This document shows, piece after piece, positions 8,977-17,216 of a stretch of DNA of 64,000 bases. The DNA lies in sequence record OZ346151.1; one strand, written 5' to 3'. The notes under the pieces are model-generated. The model saw nothing but the letters and a program-made list of their open reading frames with translations. It ran no database searches and was not told the DNA's origin. Made by a program: the position numbers and the translations under genes. Source of the stretch: a phage. Each line of letters starts with the position of its first letter. Positions within the stretch are counted from its first letter, which is position 1.

Positions 8977-9171
8977 ATGAGAAACAAGAAAGAGCTTTAC
9001 TCTGGTGAGTGGATCAACGATCAACAGGTGGGAGAGGTAACCTGCTTCCGATGTTTTACCAGGTACAATCTTAAAACTGCACCAAAAAGTGTTCCAAAGA
9101 CTGACGGTTATTACATAAAAGAACCTCATTGCCCAAAATGTAAATGCCGATTATACTGGAGTAACCTGTAA
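8977..9171 (+). CDS. small zinc-ribbon protein
   Basis: ORF track 8920..9171; ATG 8977; CFRC ... CPKCKC motif. Confidence 0.45.
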   Translation: MRNKKELYSGEWINDQQVGEVTCFRCFTRYNLKTAPKSVPKTDGYYIKEPHCPKCKCRLYWSNL

Positions 9172-9175
9172 AAGA

Positions 9176-9203
9176 TTGACATCTGAAAACTGCAGTGTAT
9201 AAT
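9176..9203 (+). promoter_or_regulatory. consensus sigma70 promoter (TTGACA-N16-TATAAT)
   Basis: TTGACA 9176-9181, TATAAT 9198-9203. Confidence 0.65.
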
Positions 9204-9234
9204 ATATGCATAAACTAACAGAGAGTGATGTATT

Positions 9235-9426
9235 ATGGTAATTTTTAACCGGGATGGTATCATAGTTAGACAGCACCCGTTCCTTGAATACTATCAAATT
9301 GAGCAATGGTGCTACGGGGATTGCAGTCACTCCTATGGGCAAAGTTGGGGATATCGTACAGTTTTTGAATCCACAGACCTTGACAAAGTAAAACAGAAAG
9401 TTTTAGAACTTCTTAACAACAAGTGA
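9235..9426 (+). CDS. hypothetical protein
   Basis: 63 aa ORF downstream of promoter. Confidence 0.4.
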   Translation: MVIFNRDGIIVRQHPFLEYYQIEQWCYGDCSHSYGQSWGYRTVFESTDLDKVKQKVLELLNNK

Positions 9427-9436
9427 GTATCGTGCC

Positions 9437-9769
9437 ATGGTAACATTGGAAAGACGTAAAGCTATTGCCGCCACACTGGCAGACATCTTTTGGGATTGTA
9501 ATTTAAAATCTACCCGAAATTGTGGTGCATCTGTAGATGTATTATTCCCACGGCCTACTATTGTTGCAATGGGCAACCTGCTCGATGTGGTATATGGAGC
9601 ATGGGACAAGGAAGGTGGATTCTATATCTGGCAACCTGACTACGGGACTTGGAAAGAGGTTAGTGGTTCTTCGGACTTCACTCCTGCAGTGGCTAAAATG
9701 GATGGCTGGAAAATCTATGTCGGTAACGACATGGAACTGAAAGGCGAAATTGTTTACTGGTTACCTTAA
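9437..9769 (+). CDS. hypothetical protein
   Basis: 110 aa ORF. Confidence 0.45.
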   Translation: MVTLERRKAIAATLADIFWDCNLKSTRNCGASVDVLFPRPTIVAMGNLLDVVYGAWDKEGGFYIWQPDYGTWKEVSGSSDFTPAVAKMDGWKIYVGNDMELKGEIVYWLP

Positions 9770-9790
9770 GAAAGTCCAGGAGATAAAGTT

Positions 9791-10036
9791 ATGAACAAAG
9801 GGTGGACATTTGTAGACGGCGTTAAAAACATGCCTCTAGGAAAGTATATTGTAGCCATGGCAGATGAGAATGGCAAGGTTGATTTCGGAGTTTGCGAGGT
9901 TGTTCTTGCAGGATCTGGTGACTATGCTCACAAAACTGGGATAATTAACGGTCATTTCTACTTTGATTACAACCCTGTTGTGGCGTATATGGCTATGCCA
10001 GAGTTCGAGCTCCCAAAGGAAGGTGCAGATGTTTAA
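9791..10036 (+). CDS. hypothetical protein
   Basis: 81 aa, RBS AGGAG upstream. Confidence 0.45.
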   Translation: MNKGWTFVDGVKNMPLGKYIVAMADENGKVDFGVCEVVLAGSGDYAHKTGIINGHFYFDYNPVVAYMAMPEFELPKEGADV

Positions 10037-10226
10037 GCTTAAATCTGCATGGAACATCGCTGTGGGGGACGAGATCCGTATCCCAGGTGGAAAGACCATT
10101 ATGAAAATATCTCGTATCGAGTACGAAGGTGATCGTGTATTTCATATCTTTGCAGAAGATGGTCGAGAGATTTATATACAGGTAGGATCTCACATCTATA
10201 TTCGTAAGAAAGGGGAGGACAAATGA
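10029..10226 (+). CDS. hypothetical protein
   Basis: ORF track 9963..10226; ATG 10029 preceded by AAGGAAGG. Confidence 0.4.
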   Translation: MFKLKSAWNIAVGDEIRIPGGKTIMKISRIEYEGDRVFHIFAEDGREIYIQVGSHIYIRKKGEDK

Positions 10227-10552
10227 CAGAGATCATCATTTCAACTGCAGGGTATGTATTCCTGACAATCATTGCACTGGCTATTTTGGTGACAGTGTAT
10301 GGGTTTGTTATCCTTCCTATCCTTGAGACATTTAGTTTGTGTCGGTGTTGGAGAAAAGCTTACGGTCCACAACCATGGAAGGACTGGCCCCACCTGGTGC
10401 GCTTAGCGTTCTCTTATGCTTACGATCACTCCAGTAGTGCATGCATAACCGGATACCACGCCCACAACTGGAGCTGGGAAGGGTTGAGGAAATGGAATGT
10501 TACAAAGACCATACCTCTGCGCATGTACAAACCTAAAAACAAAGACAACTGA
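10223..10552 (+). CDS. hypothetical membrane protein
   Basis: 109 aa, N-terminal hydrophobic helix. Confidence 0.45.
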   Translation: MTEIIISTAGYVFLTIIALAILVTVYGFVILPILETFSLCRCWRKAYGPQPWKDWPHLVRLAFSYAYDHSSSACITGYHAHNWSWEGLRKWNVTKTIPLRMYKPKNKDN

Positions 10553-10589
10553 TACTTGAAAATTCCTGGCATATCAAGTATAAGGGGGA

Positions 10590-11050
10590 TTTCTAAAATG
10601 GATTTCCTCCTTTTGATATTTCACCGGGCTGGATATTTTAAAATTCTTAGAAAATCAGAAAATGGATCGAAAACTAAAATGGATTTTTCAGAGTAGGCGC
10701 GACAAGCTGAATAACTCATCCTATCGTTTGCACCATATTCCAGGCCACCATTATAGATTTCCCACACATGCTAACCTCTCCCTACTAGAACTTCCTCCAC
10801 TTACCCTTGACCTTCTATGGTAACAATCTAACCGCTATCTTGAAGTTGCGGTGCAGCTTTCCAGGTACTCGATCTACTTTTCATTTCAGGGCTTGGATTT
10901 TCTGAAAATTTTTCTCGATAAATTTCTCAGTACTCGATCTGTTTTTCGTTTTCTGAATCGGATTTTCTGGAAATCGTTCCGGCTCTCAACCTGAAATTTT
11001 TGGGGACGAAATCGATTTTTCGTTTTCAGAAATGGATTTTTAAAATTTCT
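10590..11050. repeat. AT-rich region with degenerate direct/inverted repeats built on GGATTTT / AAATGGATTT / GTACTCGATCT
   Basis: GTACTCGATCT at about 10866 and 10931; GGATTTTCTG at about 10893 and 10960; AAATGGATTT at about 10597, 10681, 11031. No credible ORF. Confidence 0.5.
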
Positions 11051-11157
11051 ATATGGGAATATTTTAGTGGATACTGTTTTATAGGAAATTGTTACGGAGG
11101 GTAATTAGCATGCTAATTAAATTTATTAAATGCGAGGAGTTCTCATTTAGAATTTTG

Positions 11158-11370
11158 AATGATAATCATTCTCGTTTGCAGAATAACGGGCAGGCCCGGT
11201 GATTGTCTCCCGGCCCCTGTTGCCCCGGCTTGTTATTATAGTATCACACAGGACAAAGAAAGCAAGGACTTTTTGCATAAATTTTTAAATGATAATGATA
11301 ACCGTTCTCATTTTATGCAGCGCCCATCCCCGGTGGTTGTCTCCCCCGTCACCGGTGCCTGCCGTCCTTT
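11158..11370 (+). repeat. Two imperfect direct repeats (about 75 bp) with core CCGGTG(A/G)TTGTCTCCC, GC-rich
   Basis: Copy A about 11158-11240, copy B about 11283-11370; followed by repeated ACCTGGCGGGG motifs. Confidence 0.5.
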
Positions 11371-11736
11371 CGATATGTATATTGTGCCACCTGGCGGGGC
11401 CGCTGTCAACACTTTTCAAAAAATTTTTCTAACCTGGTGCGCTAACCGTTGCAACCTGGCGGGGCCAGCCTGGCAGGACCTAACTGACCAGGTAGGGGAG
11501 AATGAAGGCTTGTAAACCTGGTGGGCCTATGCTACAGGATAGGTAACAATTGAAGAGGAGGTACAAAAATGATATGATCCCCCTGGAAAATGTAGCTATT
11601 AATGACTCTGAGGCTATCGCCCTGGTTGAAAAGGCTATGGCGGGAGCGTTGGAACATAAAGAAGAGTACGAAAATGGTGGTTAACCTGGCGGGGGCGGCA
11701 GGTGGATTCTATCATAAAAATAATTTAAAATAGTAG

Positions 11737-11764
11737 TTGACAACAAGGTTAATCATGGTATTAT
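11737..11764 (+). promoter_or_regulatory. sigma70 promoter (TTGACA-N16-TATTAT)
   Basis: TTGACA 11737-11742, -10 11759-11764. Confidence 0.6.
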
Positions 11765-11814
11765 TACCCTACAAGGTGAACAACACCGCACTAACCAGTA
11801 AAGAGGATAAATTT

Positions 11815-12012
11815 ATGAACGCATACGGGATCAAAGTACGTCGCAACACTCGCCAGGTGGTCACCAATCAAGTGATTTGCCGGGTGGATGTAACCATCAA
11901 CAACGGGCAAGGCCTTTATAAATTTCGTCGCGGTCATAGCTATACCCTGCAACAGCTTAATCGTTGCGCCCTGACAAAAGGTCAGATCAACCACTGGTTT
12001 AATAAAAAATAA
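11815..12012 (+). CDS. hypothetical protein
   Basis: ORF track 11737..12012 starts at TTG inside the promoter; ATG 11815 preceded by AGAGGA. Confidence 0.45.
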   Translation: MNAYGIKVRRNTRQVVTNQVICRVDVTINNGQGLYKFRRGHSYTLQQLNRCALTKGQINHWFNKK

Positions 12013-12015
12013 GTA

Positions 12016-12044
12016 TTGACATACAGTCAGACACCAAATACACT
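12016..12044 (+). promoter_or_regulatory. sigma70 promoter (TTGACA-N17-TACACT)
   Basis: TTGACA 12016-12021, -10 12039-12044. Confidence 0.55.
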
Positions 12045-12076
12045 AAAAGCACAAAAGACACTAAGAGGATAAAATC

Positions 12077-12262
12077 ATGAAAACCACTACCTTTAATTTT
12101 GATAATGCAGACTTTTCTTTTTCTGATGTCAAGAACTGCCGCCGTGATCGTGGATTTTACAAGGCTTATAATCTGGTGGGCCTGGACGATGACAATAATT
12201 TGCACGAAGTAGCTGAGATCCAGCTTGACAGATTGGACGGGAAAGTACTAAAAACTTATTGA
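12077..12262 (+). CDS. hypothetical protein
   Basis: 61 aa, RBS AGAGGA upstream. Confidence 0.45.
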   Translation: MKTTTFNFDNADFSFSDVKNCRRDRGFYKAYNLVGLDDDNNLHEVAEIQLDRLDGKVLKTY

Positions 12263-12263
12263 G

Positions 12264-12309
12264 TTTATTTTTAGATGGCCTTGACACCAGGGCCATCAAT
12301 AAAGTAAAC
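12264..12309 (+). repeat. Repeated promoter/stem-loop element, copy 1
   Basis: TTATTTTTAGATGGCC-TTGACACCAG-GGCCATCAATAAAGTAAAC; stem GATGGCC/GGCCATC (12274-12297) encloses the -35 hexamer TTGACA. Confidence 0.6.
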
Positions 12310-12342
12310 TAACCACAGTTGAGCGGAAAAGGAGGCTTAAAG

Positions 12343-12462
12343 ATGAGCACTACACGCCAGCACACAAAGGTAACCATCATCGTTTGCATCATTGGGTACA
12401 TCCTGGCGCAAATGTTGATGGGTAGCGCCAACGGTGTCGCAAAATTTTTCTTAAACTTTTAA
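12343..12462 (+). CDS. small hydrophobic peptide (39 aa), below ORF-track threshold
   Basis: ATG 12343 preceded by AAAGGAGG; MSTTRQHTKVTIIVCIIGYILAQMLMGSANGVAKFFLNF; stop abuts next promoter. Confidence 0.4.
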   Translation: MSTTRQHTKVTIIVCIIGYILAQMLMGSANGVAKFFLNF

Positions 12463-12490
12463 TTGACAAGCTAACTTAAATCGATATAAT
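12463..12490 (+). promoter_or_regulatory. consensus sigma70 promoter (TTGACA-N16-TATAAT)
   Basis: TTGACA 12463-12468, TATAAT 12485-12490; leader hairpin GGGAA-AAC-TTCCC at 12503-12515. Confidence 0.7.
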
Positions 12491-12541
12491 AAGCACATAA
12501 ACGGGAAAACTTCCCAGAACACACAAAAGGAGAAAAACACC

Positions 12542-12883
12542 ATGACTACTATGACCGCCTCAGAAAAAGCTATGCAGATCGCTGAACTGAAAAAACAGAT
12601 CGCAGACCTTGAGAATAAGATCGATAACTTTGAAATCGACGAGGACAAGTACGACGAAAACTATGATGAATGGTTAGACGAGATCTACGGCGAAATTATG
12701 ATCGGAAACATTTCTTTTCTTCCGTCGCGTATCCTCAAGGAGCTAGATCCTATCGCTTACCGCTGCGGATTTAGCGACTACATCGACAGCCTGGATATTG
12801 AGGACGATGAAGAATACCAGGAATTACAGACAGAGTTAGAAGAAGCAAAAGAAGAGCTTGCGGAGCTGGAAGAAAACGAGTAA
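12542..12883 (+). CDS. hypothetical acidic coiled-coil protein
   Basis: 113 aa, D/E-rich; RBS AAGGAG. Confidence 0.5.
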   Translation: MTTMTASEKAMQIAELKKQIADLENKIDNFEIDEDKYDENYDEWLDEIYGEIMIGNISFLPSRILKELDPIAYRCGFSDYIDSLDIEDDEEYQELQTELEEAKEELAELEENE

Positions 12884-12884
12884 G

Positions 12885-12930
12885 CTTATTTTTAGATGGC
12901 CTTGACACCAGGGCCATCAATAAAGTAAAC
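12885..12930 (+). repeat. Repeated promoter/stem-loop element, copy 2
   Basis: Near-identical to copy 1; stem GATGGCC/GGCCATC 12895-12918. Confidence 0.6.
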
Positions 12931-12972
12931 TTTATACTGTTAACACTGAACTAATGCATAGGAGTTAAAACC

Positions 12973-13218
12973 ATGGCAGCACTAATCACCAAATATTATG
13001 CCCCTACCAACACCAAAAGCGCCCGTATCATGGTAAAAGGCTTCGGACGTAAAAAGGTGTACACCTGGGATTATGCCTTAGACACGGAAGACAACTACAC
13101 CAACGCAATGACCGATTTTATTAATGAACTAAATAAGCAGATCTTGACAAGTTATAAAGTGACCGATATTGCTTATATAGGTGAAGGCGGGATCTGTTTT
13201 GTAGGCATTGTGAAATAG
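12973..13218 (+). CDS. hypothetical protein
   Basis: 81 aa, RBS TAGGAG. Confidence 0.45.
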   Translation: MAALITKYYAPTNTKSARIMVKGFGRKKVYTWDYALDTEDNYTNAMTDFINELNKQILTSYKVTDIAYIGEGGICFVGIVK

Positions 13219-13292
13219 TTATTTTTTCGGTGGTCCTGGTTGCAGGGCCATCTATAAAGATAATTTATTAACACCATGAAAGGAGAAAGTAC

Positions 13293-13646
13293 ATGATCAG
13301 CGGGGCAAGTTTTATTATTGGCGCTATTGCTACGGCTTTAATTGTAAATAAGATCCAGGATAAAAAGGAAAGAGGAAGTACCGCCCTTGCAGAATATCCA
13401 TTTTGGGCATTCAACGATAACGAAGATTATATTATAAAGTATAAAAATAAAGAAGGTGACCAAGTAACACCGCGACCGATCCCGGCTTACAAAATGCAGG
13501 AAACACTATACCGCCTGGAGGCGGGTGGCGCAAAAATTGTAGACTTTTGGGGATACGACCACACAGATCAGGAAGTTATAAAGCGCCGTATCCGGGCTAT
13601 TCAGGCCAATATTGAAGTTAGCAAGGGGGGAATATATGAAAATTAA
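13293..13646 (+). CDS. hypothetical membrane-anchored protein
   Basis: 117 aa, N-terminal TM; RBS AAAGGAG. Confidence 0.45.
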   Translation: MISGASFIIGAIATALIVNKIQDKKERGSTALAEYPFWAFNDNEDYIIKYKNKEGDQVTPRPIPAYKMQETLYRLEAGGAKIVDFWGYDHTDQEVIKRRIRAIQANIEVSKGGIYEN

Positions 13647-13833
13647 TTTCGAGAAAATTGTAAAGCGCCCTCATGATTCCGAAGAGCTGCCAGAACGCCG
13701 CCAGCGTAACAATAAACTGAATAAGCCAAAAAGGTTTGGGAAGATCTGGCGTAATCATTATGATCGTAAATTGCCCGGCCTACTTTTGGAACGTGAACGA
13801 CAGGCAGAACGATACCGCCATAAAGACAAATAA
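13636..13833 (+). CDS. hypothetical basic protein
   Basis: ORF track 13612..13833; ATG 13636 after AAGGGGGG. Confidence 0.4.
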   Translation: MKINFEKIVKRPHDSEELPERRQRNNKLNKPKRFGKIWRNHYDRKLPGLLLERERQAERYRHKDK

Positions 13834-13841
13834 CAACCAAC

Positions 13842-13868
13842 GCCCCGCCATTGTGCGGGGCTTTTTAT
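13842..13868 (+). terminator. rho-independent terminator
   Basis: CGCCCCGC-CATTGT-GCGGGGC followed by TTTTT. Confidence 0.7.
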
Positions 13869-13990
13869 TTCTATCCTACGAATAGCGCCCCTGGTTGGCC
13901 CTGTAAGCGCCAAAAAGGCCCCCACCTATGCAATCGCCCCTTTAACCTGAAAACATCGCCCAGGGCCGTTTCATGGCGTTAAAAATATCA

Positions 13991-14018
13991 TTGACATCGT
14001 CAACAGGTTAGCTATACT
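13991..14018 (+). promoter_or_regulatory. sigma70 promoter (TTGACA-N16-TATACT)
   Basis: TTGACA 13991-13996, TATACT 14013-14018. Confidence 0.65.
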
Positions 14019-14050
14019 AACCACATCAAAGAGAGAAAGGAGTAAACGCC

Positions 14051-14311
14051 ATGCGTAAATTAAAAAATTTTGATAAAGTTGATGTTATCCTGAATAATTT
14101 TTACTACTGCAACAACAAGGCTATTTGGTGGCGTGATAGTTCCACCGATAAAGTCAGGGCGCGCTTTCTTCAGGGGCACTGGCAAGGCCGCCCAGTGATT
14201 AAAATCATGGGGCAATCGGTAGCGTTTAAAAATTGCCGCCGTGTTGATGACGTTGAGGAGATTTTAAACATTTTGCGCCACAATAATTTAAAAAATAGTG
14301 TTGACAAGTAA
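14051..14311 (+). CDS. hypothetical protein
   Basis: 86 aa, RBS AAAGGAG. Confidence 0.45.
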   Translation: MRKLKNFDKVDVILNNFYYCNNKAIWWRDSSTDKVRARFLQGHWQGRPVIKIMGQSVAFKNCRRVDDVEEILNILRHNNLKNSVDK

Positions 14312-14328
14312 GCCTCAATAAGTATACT
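14301..14328 (+). promoter_or_regulatory. sigma70 promoter (TTGACA-N16-TATACT)
   Basis: TTGACA 14301-14306, TATACT 14323-14328; leader hairpin GGCGGGAA-AAC-TTCCCGCC 14339-14357. Confidence 0.65.
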
Positions 14329-14385
14329 TAAACACACAGGCGGGAAAACTTCCCGCCACTAACAAAGAAAATAGGAGAAAATATC

Positions 14386-15009
14386 ATGACCACCGTTAAC
14401 ATTACCGCAGGTTACAATTTATCTTTCGACGTGCTGACCGACGAACAAAAAGAAAAAGCCGTTGAAATGGTCCGCGAAAGAGAAGAACACAGCGGGGATA
14501 ACTTTTTTGCAGAAAGTGTAATTGAATACTATAAAGAATATGTTTTTCCAGAGTATGGCCTTGAAGATACCGAAGTACATTGGTCAGGCTTTTGGTGCCA
14601 GGGTGACGGCGCGTCAATCAGTGCTGAAAACGTGGATTTAGAAAAATTTTTACGTAAAGTAAAGGCCCTGACCAAGTTCCGATCAATTCGTCACTTGTTC
14701 GGCACAATGCACGATGGCGAGTTATCAGCCAGTGTTGAACGCGACAAGTACAGCCATTACAGCCATGAAAACACTGTAAGCGGGTACATTGATACCACTT
14801 GGCTAGATCTGACCGCCAAACAAGAAAACAAAGTGGAAGACCTGGAAGAACTGATCACCGAGACGGTACGGGAGCTATCCCGCAAGGTTTACGTAGACCT
14901 GGAGGAGGCCTATCTAGAACAGTTCACCGCAGAAAACCTGATCGGCCTTATCGAGGCCAATGATTGGCGGTTTGATGTCGATGAATATGGTGAGATGACT
15001 TTTTCATAA
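14386..15009 (+). CDS. hypothetical acidic protein
   Basis: 207 aa, strongly D/E-rich; RBS TAGGAG. Confidence 0.5.
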   Translation: MTTVNITAGYNLSFDVLTDEQKEKAVEMVREREEHSGDNFFAESVIEYYKEYVFPEYGLEDTEVHWSGFWCQGDGASISAENVDLEKFLRKVKALTKFRSIRHLFGTMHDGELSASVERDKYSHYSHENTVSGYIDTTWLDLTAKQENKVEDLEELITETVRELSRKVYVDLEEAYLEQFTAENLIGLIEANDWRFDVDEYGEMTFS

Positions 15010-15017
15010 ATAAAGTG

Positions 15018-15045
15018 TTGCAATAACCTAAAAACCTGCTATATT
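15018..15045 (+). promoter_or_regulatory. sigma70 promoter (TTGCAA-N16-TATATT)
   Basis: Leader hairpin GGGGCAA-GACG-TTTGCCCC 15056-15074 then CA-rich tract and RBS. Confidence 0.5.
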
Positions 15046-15099
15046 AAAACTCAAGGGGGCAAGACGTTTGCCCCAACACAAAACAAAGAGGATAACATC

Positions 15100-15480
15100 A
15101 TGAAAAACACTACCAAGGCTATTGACACCGTTATGTTTAACCTGGTTACATTCCGTGAAGATATGAAAGATCTTCCTCGTGAAACAGTGTGCGACCATAT
15201 CGAAAACTATCGCAAACTAATCAAAGAGTTGCCTTTAAAACGTGATCAATATGCGGCTAACGCCATGCTTAATGCCATGATCAAAAAGATGATCCAGTGT
15301 GATTTAACCCTGGCCTATGATTATGCAGGCGGTCGTTTTGCAGTATACAATCAGCCCGTGCCCGGTATGAGCACCACCGAAGAATTGCACGCGCTCAATC
15401 TAAAACAAGACGTGTGGGATAGTATGCCTCGCGTGGTGGTATGGGTAGAAAGCGGAAAGATTTACGGCGATAATTTTTAA
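15100..15480 (+). CDS. hypothetical protein
   Basis: 126 aa, RBS AGAGGA. Confidence 0.5.
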   Translation: MKNTTKAIDTVMFNLVTFREDMKDLPRETVCDHIENYRKLIKELPLKRDQYAANAMLNAMIKKMIQCDLTLAYDYAGGRFAVYNQPVPGMSTTEELHALNLKQDVWDSMPRVVVWVESGKIYGDNF

Positions 15481-15490
15481 TCAGGTAGCA

Positions 15491-15515
15491 GGCGGCATAT
15501 TTGCCGCCTTATTGT
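15491..15515 (+). terminator. putative rho-independent terminator
   Basis: GGCGGCA-TATT-TGCCGCC followed by TTATTGTT. Confidence 0.5.
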
Positions 15516-15544
15516 TAATCAGAACTGTAAAAGAGGTACATAGA

Positions 15545-15916
15545 ATGGAATTTATTATTTTGGCTGTATTGGTTGCCTTGTTTAACGCCTGGATCGCTGG
15601 CAAGATGGGAAGATCCGCCTTTTTATGGTTTATTATATCTATTTTCCTGGGGGTGGTTGCAACTATTGTATTGGTTATCCTTGCAATTGTTGACAAGGGG
15701 AATAATAGAAAGGGTAAAGTATTTTCAGACCTGTACGACGCTCAAACGTTTGTCAACGCCTATTATAGTGATCTTCCAGTCTCCCTACGTTGCAGCCTTG
15801 CACAACAGGTTTTCGATGAAGCTAAAACCAGAGATCACGCCCATGAGATTTGTTTAACTGAGGCGGATCGCCTATTTGAGAGGAATAGAAAATATGTGGA
15901 CCAGCCGTTTAAATAA
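15545..15916 (+). CDS. hypothetical membrane protein (two TM helices)
   Basis: ORF track 15512..15916; ATG 15545 after AAGAGG. Confidence 0.45.
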   Translation: MEFIILAVLVALFNAWIAGKMGRSAFLWFIISIFLGVVATIVLVILAIVDKGNNRKGKVFSDLYDAQTFVNAYYSDLPVSLRCSLAQQVFDEAKTRDHAHEICLTEADRLFERNRKYVDQPFK

Positions 15917-16026
15917 TGCCACGTTAATTAACCCCTTTAGTAAAGATTTGAAGCCAGCCGCCTGGCGGGATGGATTCAATAACGAACGCTTTATTTTCAG
16001 GCCTGATCTTGAGGAATTTTATAACA

Positions 16027-16254
16027 ATGGATCGAACAACAGCGGAGATAATTTTTCTTGTGGTGTGTGTCGTGATAGGACTCCTGGGGGCCATTGTAGA
16101 TCGCGTCACTACTACCAGAAGGAAAGGGGAGACGATGACAACCAAGGATAAGCCCCGCACCGATAAGGTGCGCCGTGTTATGGTATGGCTTGAGATCATC
16201 GCCCTTGAAATATTGTTAGGCGTAGGGATGTATTTTATCTCTGTAAGTAACTGA
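16027..16254 (+). CDS. hypothetical membrane protein
   Basis: ORF track 15970..16254; hydrophobic segments; start uncertain. Confidence 0.4.
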   Translation: MDRTTAEIIFLVVCVVIGLLGAIVDRVTTTRRKGETMTTKDKPRTDKVRRVMVWLEIIALEILLGVGMYFISVSN

Positions 16255-16258
16255 TAAC

Positions 16259-16290
16259 GGCCCCCGATCCCTGGGGGGCCTAACTTTTTT
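16259..16290 (+). terminator. rho-independent terminator
   Basis: GGCCCCC-GATCCCTG-GGGGGCC followed by TAACTTTTTT. Confidence 0.7.
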
Positions 16291-16313
16291 CAAAAAATTT
16301 TTCTTCCGGGGTG

Positions 16314-16341
16314 TTGCAATCCGGTCCTGAATATGGATAAT
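16314..16341 (+). promoter_or_regulatory. sigma70 promoter (TTGCAA-N16-GATAAT)
   Basis: Leader hairpin GGGGA-AACA-TCCCC 16352-16365, then CCAACACAAAAACC and RBS. Confidence 0.5.
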
Positions 16342-16397
16342 AACAATCAACGGGGAAACATCCCCACCAACACAAAAACCAGAAAGGAGAAACAAAA

Positions 16398-16598
16398 ATG
16401 AGCAACAATATCCGCGTTATTAACTTCAAAAAAGAAGAAAAAATTGCCGTGCTGATTGACGGTCAAGAAATCTTCAAGGGCGACTATGAAGATCATCAAA
16501 CGGCGATTAGTATCACTCGCGTGATTGGTTACCATAATTTTTACCCCCAAGGCGCTGAGGCGGCGGTTAAACGAATCAAAGAGATTGTAGGCCTGTAA
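16398..16598 (+). CDS. hypothetical protein
   Basis: 66 aa, RBS AAAGGAG. Confidence 0.45.
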   Translation: MSNNIRVINFKKEEKIAVLIDGQEIFKGDYEDHQTAISITRVIGYHNFYPQGAEAAVKRIKEIVGL

Positions 16599-16600
16599 AA

Positions 16601-16646
16601 TTTATTTTTAGATGGCCTTGACTCTAGGGCCATCAATAAAGTAAAT
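16601..16646 (+). repeat. Repeated promoter/stem-loop element, copy 3
   Basis: Stem GATGGCC/GGCCATC 16611-16634 conserved; loop differs from copies 1 and 2 (TTGACTCTAG). Confidence 0.6.
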
Positions 16647-16685
16647 TTAAACCCTGTTAAAATACCACGCAGTTAACAAGGAGTA

Positions 16686-16991
16686 ATGATCATGTTTATC
16701 CAGGCTAATAATCTTTATTTCTTTGATGGTCAGATCGTAGATGGTGTGGAAGTGGAGATCACTGGGTGCCCTGGTGGTCAGGCTATGACTTTTCGGAATA
16801 ATGCCTTTGATGATTCTCATATCGTTATGAGAATGGAAGTTACAAAGCTGGACGACAAGAAAACGCTCATTGACTATTCCGTGAAAGATCATCCAGACTA
16901 CCACATGATCTATGGTGATTTGTGCATTGTTGACCGTGACAAGGTGGGCGGCATTGTGATCGCTATTGTGAACGATGTTTTCTCTGTATAG
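16686..16991 (+). CDS. hypothetical protein
   Basis: 101 aa, RBS AAGGAG. Confidence 0.5.
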   Translation: MIMFIQANNLYFFDGQIVDGVEVEITGCPGGQAMTFRNNAFDDSHIVMRMEVTKLDDKKTLIDYSVKDHPDYHMIYGDLCIVDRDKVGGIVIAIVNDVFSV

Positions 16992-17049
16992 TTCCGGCAA
17001 ATGATGCAAAATAAGGCCCCTAGCAGGGCCTACAGCGATATAATCACAT

Positions 17050-17085
17050 AAAGGCCATGCAACCGCATGGCCTTTATTATTTTGG
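17050..17085 (+). terminator. rho-independent terminator
   Basis: AAAGGCCATGC-AACC-GCATGGCCTTT followed by ATTATTTT. Confidence 0.7.
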
Positions 17086-17130
17086 CGTTACAGCGGCCCC
17101 AAGGCGCTTAAAAATTTTTTAAAGAAGTAC

Positions 17131-17158
17131 TTGCATCAAGCCCTACAATATGGATAAT
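17131..17158 (+). promoter_or_regulatory. sigma70 promoter (TTGCAT-N16-GATAAT)
   Basis: TTGCAT 17131-17136, GATAAT 17153-17158. Confidence 0.5.
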
Positions 17159-17216
17159 AGGACGTGTCAGGGGGGGGAGGCCCCAATCATTAACCGGATA
17201 GATAGGAGTTAAAACC

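Noticed and set aside
8780-9129. Possible small GTG-initiated ORF at about 8780..8899 (+) and the 90-aa minus ORF 8857..9129
   Set aside because: The plus ORF has a plausible RBS but is short and unconserved in appearance; the minus ORF is antisense to the zinc-ribbon gene and lacks signals. Neither is well enough supported to list as a feature.
11159-11515. 118-aa plus-strand ORF in the GC-rich repeat region
   Set aside because: No Shine-Dalgarno, composition dominated by Pro/Gly/Ala/Cys from GC-rich repeats, and it spans two direct repeats and multiple hairpins; more likely non-coding.
15876-16199. ORFs 15876..16151 (+) and 15924..16199 (-) overlapping the membrane-protein gene 16027..16254
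   Set aside because: Alternative frames across the same DNA; the frame encoding hydrophobic helices and ending at a terminator (16259-16290) was preferred.
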